In this document: positions 27,415 through 37,615 of the stretch, piece after piece
Position numbering within the stretch: the first letter of the stretch is position 1
Layout: each line of letters begins with the position of its first letter
NCBI GenBank assembly: GCA_965226375.1
Contig: CBDDCX010000004.1
Coordinates: 1 to 64,000, forward strand
Direction of reading: 5' to 3'
From: Longimicrobiales bacterium
GTDB lineage: Bacteria > Gemmatimonadota > Gemmatimonadetes > Longimicrobiales > Gaopeijiaceae
Length of the DNA: 64,000 bases
The notes under the pieces: model-generated
Seen by the model: the letters and a program-made list of their open reading frames with translations, nothing else
What the model was told of the DNA's origin: nothing
Database searches by the model: none
Made by a program: the position numbers and the translations under genes

Positions 27415-30400
27415 ATGAAGCGGTATAATGTCTGGGCGATTCCACTCGTCATTCTGGCCGTGGCTGTGATGGCCGCTCCGTCCCAGGTCCTGGCGCAGAC
27501 CGGCAACGTGACCGGTCGCATCCTGGACGTAGCGACGCAGGCACCTTTGGAGTCCGTCCAAGTTTCGATAGTAGGCCAAGGCATCGGGGGTCTGTCCAAT
27601 CAGGACGGACGGTTCATCATCTCCGGTGTTCCGGTCGGAACCGTTACGGTGCGGGCGCAACTCTTGGGATACGTCACGCAGAACCAACAGATCACCGTGA
27701 GTTCTGCTGGCGCGGCGGCAGCCGACTTCCAGCTCGAGATCGGTGCGTTGATGCTGGAAGGAGTCGTTGTCACGGCTCTGGGCATCTCCCGTGAGGAGCG
27801 AGGAATCGGTTACTCGGTGCAGGGGCTCGACGGTGCCGAGCTGTTGGAGACCCGAGACGTCAACGTAATCAACAACCTGGCCGGTAAGGTGGCCGGCCTG
27901 ATGGTCATCCCCCCAGCGGTGCTCGGTGGGACGTCCAAGATGGTCCTACGCGGGGTCAGTTCCATCTCGGGAAACAACGAGCCGCTCATCGTGATCGACG
28001 GCGTGCCGATGGACAATAGCCGCCGCGAGACGGCGACCTCAGGGGGGACACGCGGGGCGACGGTTCGAAATCGCAGCGGCATCGACTACGGAAACATGGC
28101 CCAGGACATCGACCCCTCGAACATCGAGTCGATAACGGTGCTCAGAGGTGCGAACGCGGCCGCGCTATATGGCTCCCGCGCCTCTAATGGTGTCGTGGAG
28201 ATCACGACCAAGTCGGGGCGGGGCACCAACGGCACGGTCGTCTCAGCAAGCGTGAACACGGTCTTCGAGACGCCACTCCGGTTGGTCCGTTACCAGAACG
28301 CCTTCGGTGGCGGCGCCACCGAAGGCGACTACGACTGGGTCGACGGCAGGGGTAGCGGTGTGAACGACGGGGTGGACGAGAGTTGGGGTCCGGCCTTGAA
28401 CACGGGCGTTTCGTACCCGCAGTGGTGGACGAACGGGATTCCACAGCCGTGGCTCTCCTCTCCAATGAACGTCCGGGAGTACTTCCAGACGGGCCACAAC
28501 GTCACGACCAACGTGGCCATCTCACACTCGAGCGATCGTTCCAACGTGCGCTTCTCGGCCTTGAGAATGGACGCCACCGGCATGCCGCCCCGGCAGGGGG
28601 CGAACCGCACGCAGCTCGCGATCAACGCCGGAGTGGAGGTGTCCGAGAGGCTGGACGTCGATGGGTCGATCCAATACACGGAGTCGGCGGGGCGCAACCG
28701 GCCGGCCCCCGGAAACGGGTCCTACAGCGCTATCCACATTTTCAATTGGTTCCAGCGACAGGTCGACGGTAAGCGCATGGAGTCGGCCAACGACCTGTGG
28801 GATCCGAACGGCGGTACGCTGACGCCCAACTGGAACCACAACTATCATGACAACGTGTACTGGCTCCAGAACTTCCGGAGCAACGACGACTCGCGGAACC
28901 GTATCACCGGTCAGGTGACCGGGAACTACGAGGTCAACGATTGGCTGGACGCTCGGGTGCGCCTTGGAACGGACTGGTTCGAGCAGCTCACCAAGGAGGT
29001 CTATCCGTTCTTTTCGCAGGACACGCCTGAGGGGGGATTCGTCGAGAGTTCGGCATTCCGTCAGGAGACCAACATCGAGGCGCTGATAACGGCCAACCGT
29101 CAACTGACCAGCGACTTCTCGCTGAACGTCAGCGGTGGCGCCAACATGCGTCGCAATGAATTCGACCTGAAAGAAGCGGGCAGCCGCAAGCTGAACGTGC
29201 CGGACATTTACAACGTGTCCAACTCGGCCGCTCCACCTCTTCTCAACAACATCGTCCAACTCAAAGAGGTCAACAGCCTCTACGGGTTGGTGACCGTCGG
29301 GTTCAAGGACTTCGCATTCCTCGACGTCACGGCCAGAAATGACTGGTCGTCGACGCTGCCTACAGACAACCGCTCCTACTTCTACCCGTCCTTCTCGGGC
29401 AGCCTCGTTTTCACCGACGCCTTCAACATGGTCTCGGACTTCCTGTCCTTCGGTAAGGTCCGGGCAAGTTGGGCAAAGGTAGGGAATGATGCGGATCCGT
29501 ATCAGTTGACGTCGGTCTACTCCGAGGTCGATAAGTGGGGGAACATTCCGGGCTTCACCACCAGCAACACGATCCCGAACGCCGGCCTCCGCCCGGAAGA
29601 GACCAAGTCTTGGGAGATCGGTACCGATCTCCGCTTCTGGTTCGATCGTGCCTCACTGGACCTCACGTACTACAACTCCACGACCAAGGACCAGATCCTG
29701 GCCGTGGACGTGTCGGAGTCGAGTGGCTACACGCGGCAGGTTCTGAACGCCGGCGAGGTCCGGAACAAGGGTATCGAAGCGTTGCTCACGCTGGACGTGC
29801 TCCGACAAGCGGAGAACGGTATTGGCTGGGACATTACAGTGAACTTCGGTAAGAACGATTCCGAGGTGTTGGCGCTCGCCCCCGGCCTCGAATCCATCGT
29901 CATCGGCCGGGCCGGTGGTATCCGGGGAGCCGTCGAGGCTCGCCCCGGGCATCCCTACGGCATCTTTTTCGGTCCGACATGGAAGAGAGATTCGGCGGGC
30001 AACATCATCGTAGGTGACAACGGTCTGCCGATCCGTGGGTCTTCGGAGGTGATCGGAGATTACCAGCCTGACTGGATCGGTGGTCTGCGGAGCTCGATCA
30101 GGTACGGCTCGTTCACGTTCAGCGCTCAAGTCGATACTCACCAGGGCGGCCAGATCTTCTGTGGCTCATGCCGCCTTGGATACCGGACCGGCGTGCTCTA
30201 CGAGTCTGCCAACACCGACGCCAAGAGTTGGGATCCGGACGGGACCACCGGTCGTGGGATGACCGTCTTCCCCGGAGTCACGGAGAGCGGAGCCCAGAAC
30301 ACTGTAGCGGTCGCGCCGCGGACGCTCGCCACTCGCCTCGACGATGTCGATACGGAGTGGCTGTTCGATAACAACTACACCAAGCTTCGTGAAGTAGCCG

Positions 30401-30624
30401 TCGGTTTCGACATTCCGCTGCAATACCTGAACAGGCTTCCGATATCGAGCGCCCGCTTTACCATCGTGGGACGAAACCTGTGGCTGTGGACCAGCGTCCC
30501 GCACATCGATCCGGAGTCTGCCGCCATCGAGGGCAGCACCACGGAAGCGAACCTGGCGGGAATCGAGTACGAGCAGTACCCCACGGCTCGTACCTTCGGG
30601 TTCAACATCGCGGTCACGCATTGA
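27415..30624 (+). CDS. susC: SusC/RagA family TonB-dependent outer-membrane transporter
   Basis: VVVTALGI, PLIVIDGVP, DIDPSNIESITVLRGANAAALYGSRASNGVVEITTK, RNDWSSTL, LRPEETKSWEIG, YPTARTFGFNI; AAGGAGG RBS (an in-frame alternative start at 27349 also has an RBS). Confidence 0.95.
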   Translation: MKRYNVWAIPLVILAVAVMAAPSQVLAQTGNVTGRILDVATQAPLESVQVSIVGQGIGGLSNQDGRFIISGVPVGTVTVRAQLLGYVTQNQQITVSSAGAAAADFQLEIGALMLEGVVVTALGISREERGIGYSVQGLDGAELLETRDVNVINNLAGKVAGLMVIPPAVLGGTSKMVLRGVSSISGNNEPLIVIDGVPMDNSRRETATSGGTRGATVRNRSGIDYGNMAQDIDPSNIESITVLRGANAAALYGSRASNGVVEITTKSGRGTNGTVVSASVNTVFETPLRLVRYQNAFGGGATEGDYDWVDGRGSGVNDGVDESWGPALNTGVSYPQWWTNGIPQPWLSSPMNVREYFQTGHNVTTNVAISHSSDRSNVRFSALRMDATGMPPRQGANRTQLAINAGVEVSERLDVDGSIQYTESAGRNRPAPGNGSYSAIHIFNWFQRQVDGKRMESANDLWDPNGGTLTPNWNHNYHDNVYWLQNFRSNDDSRNRITGQVTGNYEVNDWLDARVRLGTDWFEQLTKEVYPFFSQDTPEGGFVESSAFRQETNIEALITANRQLTSDFSLNVSGGANMRRNEFDLKEAGSRKLNVPDIYNVSNSAAPPLLNNIVQLKEVNSLYGLVTVGFKDFAFLDVTARNDWSSTLPTDNRSYFYPSFSGSLVFTDAFNMVSDFLSFGKVRASWAKVGNDADPYQLTSVYSEVDKWGNIPGFTTSNTIPNAGLRPEETKSWEIGTDLRFWFDRASLDLTYYNSTTKDQILAVDVSESSGYTRQVLNAGEVRNKGIEALLTLDVLRQAENGIGWDITVNFGKNDSEVLALAPGLESIVIGRAGGIRGAVEARPGHPYGIFFGPTWKRDSAGNIIVGDNGLPIRGSSEVIGDYQPDWIGGLRSSIRYGSFTFSAQVDTHQGGQIFCGSCRLGYRTGVLYESANTDAKSWDPDGTTGRGMTVFPGVTESGAQNTVAVAPRTLATRLDDVDTEWLFDNNYTKLREVAVGFDIPLQYLNRLPISSARFTIVGRNLWLWTSVPHIDPESAAIEGSTTEANLAGIEYEQYPTARTFGFNIAVTH

Positions 30625-30694
30625 GGTGATGACGATGTTTCGAACACTGAAACCAACCATGATCAAGACATTCGATACTTGTGGGGGATCAAAA

Positions 30695-32173
30695 ATGAAG
30701 ACGACTAGAACGACACTCAGGAGTCTCGCGGCCGGTTTGCTCATCGCAGTCGGTCTCGGAGTCTCCGGTTGCACCGACGACTTCAACGCAATCAACACCA
30801 ACCCGAACGCGCCCACGGATGTGGGTGTGCAGTACCTCCTGCCGTCCGGGATCGTCGATGCCGTAACCGACCTGCTGGGCACGGGCTTCGACCGCGGGAC
30901 CGCCTCGGTCTGGGTTCAGCACTACGCCCGACTTCAGTACGGCTCGATTGATCGGTACGAGATAGACGGCAGCTTCTCGGACGGCCTTTGGTCGCGCCTC
31001 TACACCGGAGCCATCGTGGACTTCGATGGAATGGTGAACAAGGCGGCCGAGCTGGGGAACGTGAATCAGCAGGCGGTGGGGAGGATCATGCGGGCATGGA
31101 TGTTCCACAACATGGTGGACATGTGGGGCGACATCCCGTATACGCAGGCGCTAGGTGGGTTGGCAAATAACGACATTACACCGGTCTATGACGACGCGAG
31201 CAGCGTCTATAACGGCCTTCTGGCCGAGTTGACCTCGGCCAGTTCGCAGATCGCGCCCACGGGAGCCCTTTTCCCGGACGTGTTCCGGGGCACCATCGGG
31301 AATCCCGACCTCATCTACGACGGCGATATGGAGAAGTGGCGGTTGTTTGCCAACTCGCTTCGTCTGCGCATGGCCATGCGCATCCAGAGCGCATCGGAGG
31401 TTTCGAGCGCGATCGCCGCTGGTGTCTTCCAGAGCAGCGCATCGGAGGCCAAGCTCTCGTGGCTGGGCACGCCGCCCAACGAGAATCCGATGGCACCGGC
31501 CTTCATTTCCCGGCCAGGTGACTTCCGGATCAGCGCAACCATGGTGGACAATCTGATCGCGTACGACGATCCGAGGCTCCCCATCTACGCCGATGCTGCG
31601 AGAGAGACGGGGGAGTTTGCGGGTATGCCCAACGGGCTCAACGACAGTCACGGGATCGAGTTCGAGCAGGTATCGCGGGTGGGGGATTGGTTCCTTCAGC
31701 CGACCACGCGGACCTGGATCATCTCGTACGCCGAGACCTCTCTTCTTGAAGCCGAGGCAGCCGTGAGAGGCTTTGCTGGTGGGGACGCCGAGTCCCTGTA
31801 TGAAGCCGGTATCCGCGCGTCGATGGAGACCTACGGGATCTCGGCTGCGGACATCGACGCCTACATGGCCGGACCCTTGGTGGCTTTCGCCGCCGACATG
31901 GCCGGTCAACTCGAGCAGATCGGTATGCAGTTGTGGTTCGCCCTGTACGACCAGGGTCCAGAGGCATGGGCCTCCTACCGGCGGACGGGGTTTCCCAACC
32001 TGATCGCGGGTCCCGATAACCTGAACAATGACCAGATCCCGGTACGGCTGCCGTACCCGCAGAGTGAGCAGTCTGTGAACGGCGCCAACCTATCTGCGGC
32101 CAACGCGGCCCAGGGCCTGAGCACTGAGCCTTGGAACGTGCCCCTCTTCTGGGACCAAAATGTTATGATGTAG
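30695..32173 (+). CDS. susD: SusD/RagB family lipoprotein
   Basis: Lipobox VSGC, INTNPN, DMWGDIPYTQA, KWRLFANSLRLR, EAWASYRRTGFP, PVRLPYP; start uncertain (30629-30695). Confidence 0.92.
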   Translation: MKTTRTTLRSLAAGLLIAVGLGVSGCTDDFNAINTNPNAPTDVGVQYLLPSGIVDAVTDLLGTGFDRGTASVWVQHYARLQYGSIDRYEIDGSFSDGLWSRLYTGAIVDFDGMVNKAAELGNVNQQAVGRIMRAWMFHNMVDMWGDIPYTQALGGLANNDITPVYDDASSVYNGLLAELTSASSQIAPTGALFPDVFRGTIGNPDLIYDGDMEKWRLFANSLRLRMAMRIQSASEVSSAIAAGVFQSSASEAKLSWLGTPPNENPMAPAFISRPGDFRISATMVDNLIAYDDPRLPIYADAARETGEFAGMPNGLNDSHGIEFEQVSRVGDWFLQPTTRTWIISYAETSLLEAEAAVRGFAGGDAESLYEAGIRASMETYGISAADIDAYMAGPLVAFAADMAGQLEQIGMQLWFALYDQGPEAWASYRRTGFPNLIAGPDNLNNDQIPVRLPYPQSEQSVNGANLSAANAAQGLSTEPWNVPLFWDQNVMM

Positions 32174-32231
32174 GATGAGACAGTTAGACCCTCTATGACC
32201 TCAACCCTCGGGGGCTCATCCCCGAGGCTAG

Positions 32232-32271
32232 AAAAGACCGGCCAGCCCAACTGGGCTGGCCGGTCTTTTTT
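32232..32271. terminator. Bidirectional intrinsic terminator
   Basis: AAAAGACCGGCCAGCCC-AACT-GGGCTGGCCGGTCTTTTTT between the convergent susD and DUF3179 genes. Confidence 0.9.
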
Positions 32272-32346
32272 CTGCTCGGGATCTGGGGAGCGACGGTCCG
32301 AGGAACAGCCCCGAGAGCGTGGCAGTAGCTCGTTACGGCACCGGTC

Positions 32347-33477
32347 TTAGTAGAGCGCCGTGTTGGGATGGAACGTCGCCCAAGCGAACCAGAACGACAC
32401 GTACGCATCGGTAACGAGGTCGAGTACCGAACCTTCGAGGGGACCTGAAACAGCCCTTCCCAGCAGGCTCCACTCGCTTCCGTTTTCCAAGTCGAAGAAT
32501 CCGTCGTCACGCACTTCGAAGGTCAAGTCCTGACCGTTTATTCGAGGCACGAACGCAATCGCGGTCTCGGCGTCGGTGGACCAGAAGACGACGACCGACC
32601 GCTCGCCCTGTACGTCGTCGTGCACCACGGCCTTGTCGCCGAGCCGTTTGAGCTCGTTGAACGGAAACGCTATCCCGAAGCCGTGATCTCTGGGAATGCC
32701 GAGAACGCGCTCTTTCGGAGGACGGCGACGGTCCAACTCGTCGTGCGGGAACAGCGTCTCGGTATTGTTGATCGCCTCGTAGTCCCCGTAGGGATACCAG
32801 CGGTAGGGCCGTCCGTAGTTCTGCCGGCCCGAAACGACTCTGGTCTCGGGGTGCAGCTCCTTCCATGCGTCCCAACGCATTTCTACGGACGGATACATCG
32901 GTAGGGAAGAACCGTCCAGAGGACCGCAGCGAGCCCCGCGCAGCATCTGAGGAAAAAACGACTCCTCGCCTCCGTCGCTCCTCCGGTTGAACATGATCAG
33001 GTTGTTCTGATAAATCAGGCCCGAGACGCCGAAGTCGCCCCCCTCCACCGCCGAGCGATCGAAGACCATGCTCGAACCCGTGAGGGGGCAGAAGGTGACC
33101 ACGAGCTGGGGTCCGTAGTGCTCCAGGTTCACGATCTCATGATGCCACAAAATGTTGTGTGGAACCGCCAGAACCTCGCCCCCCACCTCGATTCCGATGA
33201 CCCGGTCGAAATCCCGCACGTAAACGGCCTCTGCATGATCGGGCGCGACGAACGCCGGGTTGAGCAAGGCGGGAATTCCGTCCCTCGGCACCCCACCGAA
33301 GAAGATCTCGGATTCGTTGATGCTGCAGAACTGGTCCTCAGGGGGCTGATCGTCATTCTGAATGGGCGGGGAGGTGGTGTCGTCGCCGCAGGCGGAAACG
33401 GCAAACGCGAAGACAAGTATGGCTAGCGCTCTCAGCGGTCCCGCATGCGGGCTAAGCTTGAACTCGGAAGCAACCAC
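32347..33477 (-). CDS. DUF3179 domain lipoprotein
   Basis: GGVPRDGIPAL, ILWHHEIVN, TFCPLTG, FGVSGLIY, FWFAWATFHP; lipobox VSAC; start uncertain. Confidence 0.85.
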   Translation of the reverse strand: MVASEFKLSPHAGPLRALAILVFAFAVSACGDDTTSPPIQNDDQPPEDQFCSINESEIFFGGVPRDGIPALLNPAFVAPDHAEAVYVRDFDRVIGIEVGGEVLAVPHNILWHHEIVNLEHYGPQLVVTFCPLTGSSMVFDRSAVEGGDFGVSGLIYQNNLIMFNRRSDGGEESFFPQMLRGARCGPLDGSSLPMYPSVEMRWDAWKELHPETRVVSGRQNYGRPYRWYPYGDYEAINNTETLFPHDELDRRRPPKERVLGIPRDHGFGIAFPFNELKRLGDKAVVHDDVQGERSVVVFWSTDAETAIAFVPRINGQDLTFEVRDDGFFDLENGSEWSLLGRAVSGPLEGSVLDLVTDAYVSFWFAWATFHPNTALY

Positions 33478-33575
33478 TAGTCTCCACCTTAGATCGAGGG
33501 TCTGGAACACTAAGCGTAACTCCCAGCGCCGGAGGCCGGTTCCCAGGGGTAGCAGCTGGGACGTTAGTGCACGAC

Positions 33576-33601
33576 AAAGGGCTCCCAACGGGAGCCCTTT
33601 T
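33576..33601. terminator. Intrinsic terminator-like hairpin
   Basis: AAAGGGCTCCC-AAC-GGGAGCCCTTTT downstream of the 33663 gene. Confidence 0.7.
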
Positions 33602-33662
33602 ATCTGGAACGCTCGATCCAGACGCTTCGGCGTGACTCCGTCACGCGCGGCTCAGCTAGGCT

Positions 33663-34052
33663 TCACCTTCGCAGAGAGACAATCTCGATGATGCCCCTCG
33701 GAAACCCCATCCCATAGCGAATCCCCGCCCTGCCCTGGTCGAGGAAGCGGATCTCGAAAATGTCGCGCGCCTGATACACGGCGAGCACTTCCAGCCCTCC
33801 CATGCGGGTGCCGTCCAAGTAAACAGTGGGCGTCAATTGCCTGGGATCGATGGCCGAGTTGGTCTGACCGCGGGACCTCAGCCACTGAGGGTGTAAGGTG
33901 CGAATGGCGTCGTACGCCGTGATCGCCTGGGTCTCGGCGATCTGTTCCCGGGTTATGGTGTCCCGGGACGAGCCCGCGCCGCCGCCCGTCGCCGAAGACG
34001 CGCAGCCTCCGAGACAGAGCACGAAGCCGAAGAAGAGGCCTAGGTAACGCAT
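33663..34052 (-). CDS. Small lipoprotein resembling a stand-alone TonB-receptor plug domain
   Basis: Lipobox LGGC; DTITREQI, TAYDAIRTLHPQWL, PTVYLDG, DIFEIRFL..A..RYG..GIIEI. Confidence 0.7.
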   Translation of the reverse strand: MRYLGLFFGFVLCLGGCASSATGGGAGSSRDTITREQIAETQAITAYDAIRTLHPQWLRSRGQTNSAIDPRQLTPTVYLDGTRMGGLEVLAVYQARDIFEIRFLDQGRAGIRYGMGFPRGIIEIVSLRR

Positions 34053-34131
34053 GCGGGGTCCTCCATAGCCGATGGAATCATATTGATAGAATTCAAGGCC
34101 AGGCCTGTCAAACGAAACGGTAGAGCCCCTC

Positions 34132-34674
34132 TCATGGGAGCGTCCATGTCCCCCTGAAGCCGAGCCCATCAGGCTCCACCATTCCGCCTCGAAGCGAAGC
34201 CAGCGGGATCACTTCCCAAGTGAAGGTCTTGTAGCGTTTGCCGATGACGGCACCGGCGAACGCCCCTCCAACCGCGGCGAAGGCCGCCGTGTACACACGT
34301 CGATCCGTCTCTTCTGGTGATAGCGACTCGACCGTCACCGCATCCGACCGATCAACCAAGAACCACGCGCCTGCTCCCGCCACGACTCCACCGATCACGC
34401 TGAAGAGGAGCGACTTGGTCTCTACACGCTCCACCTGAAGCCCCTGGAGGGCCTCCATGGGAACACTCGTCAGGTCGACGTGGCTGGGTATGTGAATGAT
34501 GAGTTCGCCCTCAGCGATTCCCACTAGATCACCGTCGATTTGCATGGGGACCGACACACGAACCCGGTCTCCGATCTCGATGGGATAAGCCTCCTGGCCC
34601 ATGACCGCATCGGCGGACACAGGCAAGAGCAACGCCGTCAGCACCCAAACGCGTGTGGCGACTACTACCTTCAT
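34132..34674 (-). CDS. Hypothetical secreted/membrane protein with glycine-zipper-like helices
   Basis: Signal peptide, GDRVRV, GGVVAGAG and AVGGAFAGAVIG segments. Confidence 0.6.
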   Translation of the reverse strand: MKVVVATRVWVLTALLLPVSADAVMGQEAYPIEIGDRVRVSVPMQIDGDLVGIAEGELIIHIPSHVDLTSVPMEALQGLQVERVETKSLLFSVIGGVVAGAGAWFLVDRSDAVTVESLSPEETDRRVYTAAFAAVGGAFAGAVIGKRYKTFTWEVIPLASLRGGMVEPDGLGFRGTWTLP

Positions 34675-34949
34675 GACGTTATTTCCTTTCAGCTTCAGAC
34701 CGACAGCGGACACCGCCGACCCGGATCCTTCACAAAATGATCGAAGAGGTCAAGCTTTGCCAGCAGTATTCTGTGGGAGGTGCGGCGAGGCATCTCTCGT
34801 ACGGTAAGAAGTACGTATCTTCGGCTGTACACTTACCATGTAGCCCCTCCCCTTGTGGATCTTGCCCGACAACCCCATTTGTTGACCGGAACATACGCCA
34901 GCAAGCCCCTGAACACACGTAACAAAGGGCTCCGATACCTGGAGACGAG

Positions 34950-37601
34950 ATGACTGATCGTACCCGTCTGAATCCTGCACCTGGGCTACCCTCGTCGGCG
35001 CTCACGGCCTTGTGTGCCTTCTCCCTGCTGCTGCTGCTCCCGTCAGAGGGCCGCACCCAGGACCAGAATGGGGCGTGGGACGCTCGTCAGGTCCTCGAGC
35101 AGAAGCAGTTCGTGTCGCCGCCAGCGGTGGTCACCGAGGCCGTGTTGGCACCGCGCTACCTGAATGTGACGCTGTCGGACGTGAGCCCCGACAGGATGTG
35201 GTTTCTGCATGAGGTCGGAGACGGCCCGATCACGATGGAAGTCTTCTCCAAACCGTTTCACGAGCTGGGTGGCCAGTTCATCGACTTCGAGGCGAACCGC
35301 AGCCGCCGGCTGACCACGAGAAACAACGTCGGCATCGACGTGATCTCAGCGAGCGACGGGTCCAAGGTGGAGGTCGAAATCCCCAGGGGTGCCCGGGTTT
35401 CCAACGCCTCATGGTCACCCGACGGCTCCAGGCTGGCCTTCTTCGCCCACTTCGACGACGGCACGCACATCTACGTGGCCGACGCCGCCACTGGACGCTC
35501 GAGGCGTATCACCCGCCGAGCCGTGCTCGCCACTCTGGTCACATCATATGAGTGGACGGCCGGGGGAGACCAGATCGCGACCGTCCTGATTCCTGAGGAC
35601 CGTCCGCCGATGCCCGTGGCGCCCGCGGTTCCCACGGGCCCACAGGTCAAGATCACCGAGGAGGGCGAAAACCACCTGCGGACGTTCGCGAGCCTGATGC
35701 AGACGCCGCACGACGAGGCCCTCCTGACCTGGCACGCCACGGGCCAGTTCGCGCTGGTCGAGGTCGACACCCGGGATGTTGAACGCGTCGGTGAGCCGGC
35801 CATGGTAAAGGGCTTCGACTTTTCGTCTGACGCACGCTACGTCCGCGTGTCATTGATGGAGCACCCCTTCAGTTACATCGTCCCGGTCAACAACTTCGGC
35901 AACGTCGAGGAGATCTGGGACACCCAGGGTAACGTGCTCACGGAGTTGAAGCGCACGCCGATCAACACCGGCCTCCCCGACCCTGATCGACCGCGGCCGG
36001 GTTCTCCGCAGTTCGGGCAGGAGGACCAGGAAGGCCGTCGGCAGGTAAAGTGGCGGATCGACGGACAGGGCATCACCTACCTCGAGCAGGAGCCAAGGCG
36101 GGACGACGCAGAGGAAGAGGATCCCGAGCAGGAGCGGCTCAACCCCCGCATGGATCGGGTCATGCAGTGGCTTCCGCCCTTCGACGACACGAGCCTCTCC
36201 GTCGTGTACGAGAGCGACAACCGCATCTCGGCCCACCGCTTTTCACCTGATATGTCCATCCTCTTCGTGACCGAACGCAAGGAAGAGCGGGTCTGGGAAT
36301 ACGCCGTCTTCCTGGACGATCCGGAGGCCGAGGCTCACACGTTGTTCGAGTACGACGCAGAGGATTTCTACTCGATTCCCGGTAACCTTGTCATGACCGG
36401 AGGCAGACTGCCCGAGGTCGGACGGCGACGCAACAGTGTGCTAGTCGACACGCGAGACGGATCCGTCCAGCTGTCGGCCGACGGTGAGCAGGTCTTCTTT
36501 TATGGGACACGCTACAACGAGGACCCGCTTGCGGTCGCACCGATGACGTTCCTGGACCGAGTCGACATTCGCACCGGCGAGAGCGAGCGGATCTTCGAGG
36601 GCGCCAACGAAGGAGCGTTCGAGCAGCTCACGTCTCTCCTGGACGTCAACTCCGGACGCTTCATCGTGTCGCGGGAGTCCCCCACGGAGGTTTCCCAGTC
36701 GTACCTCGTGCAAGGCTCGAGCCGCGTCCAAATCACCGACAACGCCGACTACACGCCCGACCTGACGGCCGCTCCGAGGGAACGGTTCACGGTGGAGCGA
36801 CCCGACGGGTTCCGGTTCCTGGTCAACGTCACACTGCCGACCGGGTACCAGCCCGGCACGCGGCTTCCGGCCATGTTCTGGTTCTATCCCAGGGAGTACG
36901 AGGACCAGGAGGGGTACAACGAGCGAGGACGCACGTACAACAAGAACGCCTTTCCGGACTTCGGGGCGCGCTCCATCGAGTACCTGATCCGTCTCGGCTA
37001 CGCGGTGGTCGAGCCCGATGCACCCATCGTGGGCAAGCCGGGTCAGATGAACAACAACTACGAGCACGACCTGAGGAACAACCTGGCGGCGGTGATCGAC
37101 GAACTCGATCGCCGAGAGATCATCGATCGGCAAAGACTCGGACTCGGCGGACACTCCTACGGAGCCTTCTCGACGGTCAACGCCATGGTACACACCCCCT
37201 TCTTCAAGGCCGGCATCGCGGGAGACGGGAACTACAACCGGACCTTCACGCCGCTCAGTTTCCAGTCCGAGCGCCGCTTCCTATGGGATGCCAAGGACGT
37301 CTACCTGGGGATGTCGCCGTTCCTGTACGCCAACAACCTCACTGGAGCGCTGCTCATGTACCACGGACTCCACGACCAGAACGTGGGGACCGATCCGGAT
37401 CACTCTCCCAGGCTGTTCCACGCATTGAACGGGCTGGGCAAGGAAGCCGCCATGTACCTCTATCCGTTCGAAGATCACGGACCGGCGACCAAGGAAACTC
37501 TCCTCGACCTATGGGGGCGCTGGGCAGCTTGGCTGGACGTGTACCTCGGGGGCTCAGAGACCACGGGGCGGGCGATCAGCGACCTCATGGGACGCCGCTA
37601 G
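34950..37601 (+). CDS. S9 prolyl-oligopeptidase family serine peptidase, secreted
   Basis: WSPDG propeller repeat, GGHSYGAF nucleophile, YHGLHDQN, YPFEDHG. Confidence 0.9.
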   Translation: MTDRTRLNPAPGLPSSALTALCAFSLLLLLPSEGRTQDQNGAWDARQVLEQKQFVSPPAVVTEAVLAPRYLNVTLSDVSPDRMWFLHEVGDGPITMEVFSKPFHELGGQFIDFEANRSRRLTTRNNVGIDVISASDGSKVEVEIPRGARVSNASWSPDGSRLAFFAHFDDGTHIYVADAATGRSRRITRRAVLATLVTSYEWTAGGDQIATVLIPEDRPPMPVAPAVPTGPQVKITEEGENHLRTFASLMQTPHDEALLTWHATGQFALVEVDTRDVERVGEPAMVKGFDFSSDARYVRVSLMEHPFSYIVPVNNFGNVEEIWDTQGNVLTELKRTPINTGLPDPDRPRPGSPQFGQEDQEGRRQVKWRIDGQGITYLEQEPRRDDAEEEDPEQERLNPRMDRVMQWLPPFDDTSLSVVYESDNRISAHRFSPDMSILFVTERKEERVWEYAVFLDDPEAEAHTLFEYDAEDFYSIPGNLVMTGGRLPEVGRRRNSVLVDTRDGSVQLSADGEQVFFYGTRYNEDPLAVAPMTFLDRVDIRTGESERIFEGANEGAFEQLTSLLDVNSGRFIVSRESPTEVSQSYLVQGSSRVQITDNADYTPDLTAAPRERFTVERPDGFRFLVNVTLPTGYQPGTRLPAMFWFYPREYEDQEGYNERGRTYNKNAFPDFGARSIEYLIRLGYAVVEPDAPIVGKPGQMNNNYEHDLRNNLAAVIDELDRREIIDRQRLGLGGHSYGAFSTVNAMVHTPFFKAGIAGDGNYNRTFTPLSFQSERRFLWDAKDVYLGMSPFLYANNLTGALLMYHGLHDQNVGTDPDHSPRLFHALNGLGKEAAMYLYPFEDHGPATKETLLDLWGRWAAWLDVYLGGSETTGRAISDLMGRR

Positions 37602-37615
37602 CTTCCCGCCCGAGC

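Noticed and set aside
32347..33477. Selenoprotein recoding in DUF3179
   Set aside because: The frame is uninterrupted, with Cys in TFCPLTG and no in-frame TGA
34790..34850. Imperfect hairpin (GGTAAG..GTAC/GTAC..CTTACC) as an attC site or ncRNA
   Set aside because: No RYYYAAC/GTTRRRY ends, single copy, no integrase; too weak to call
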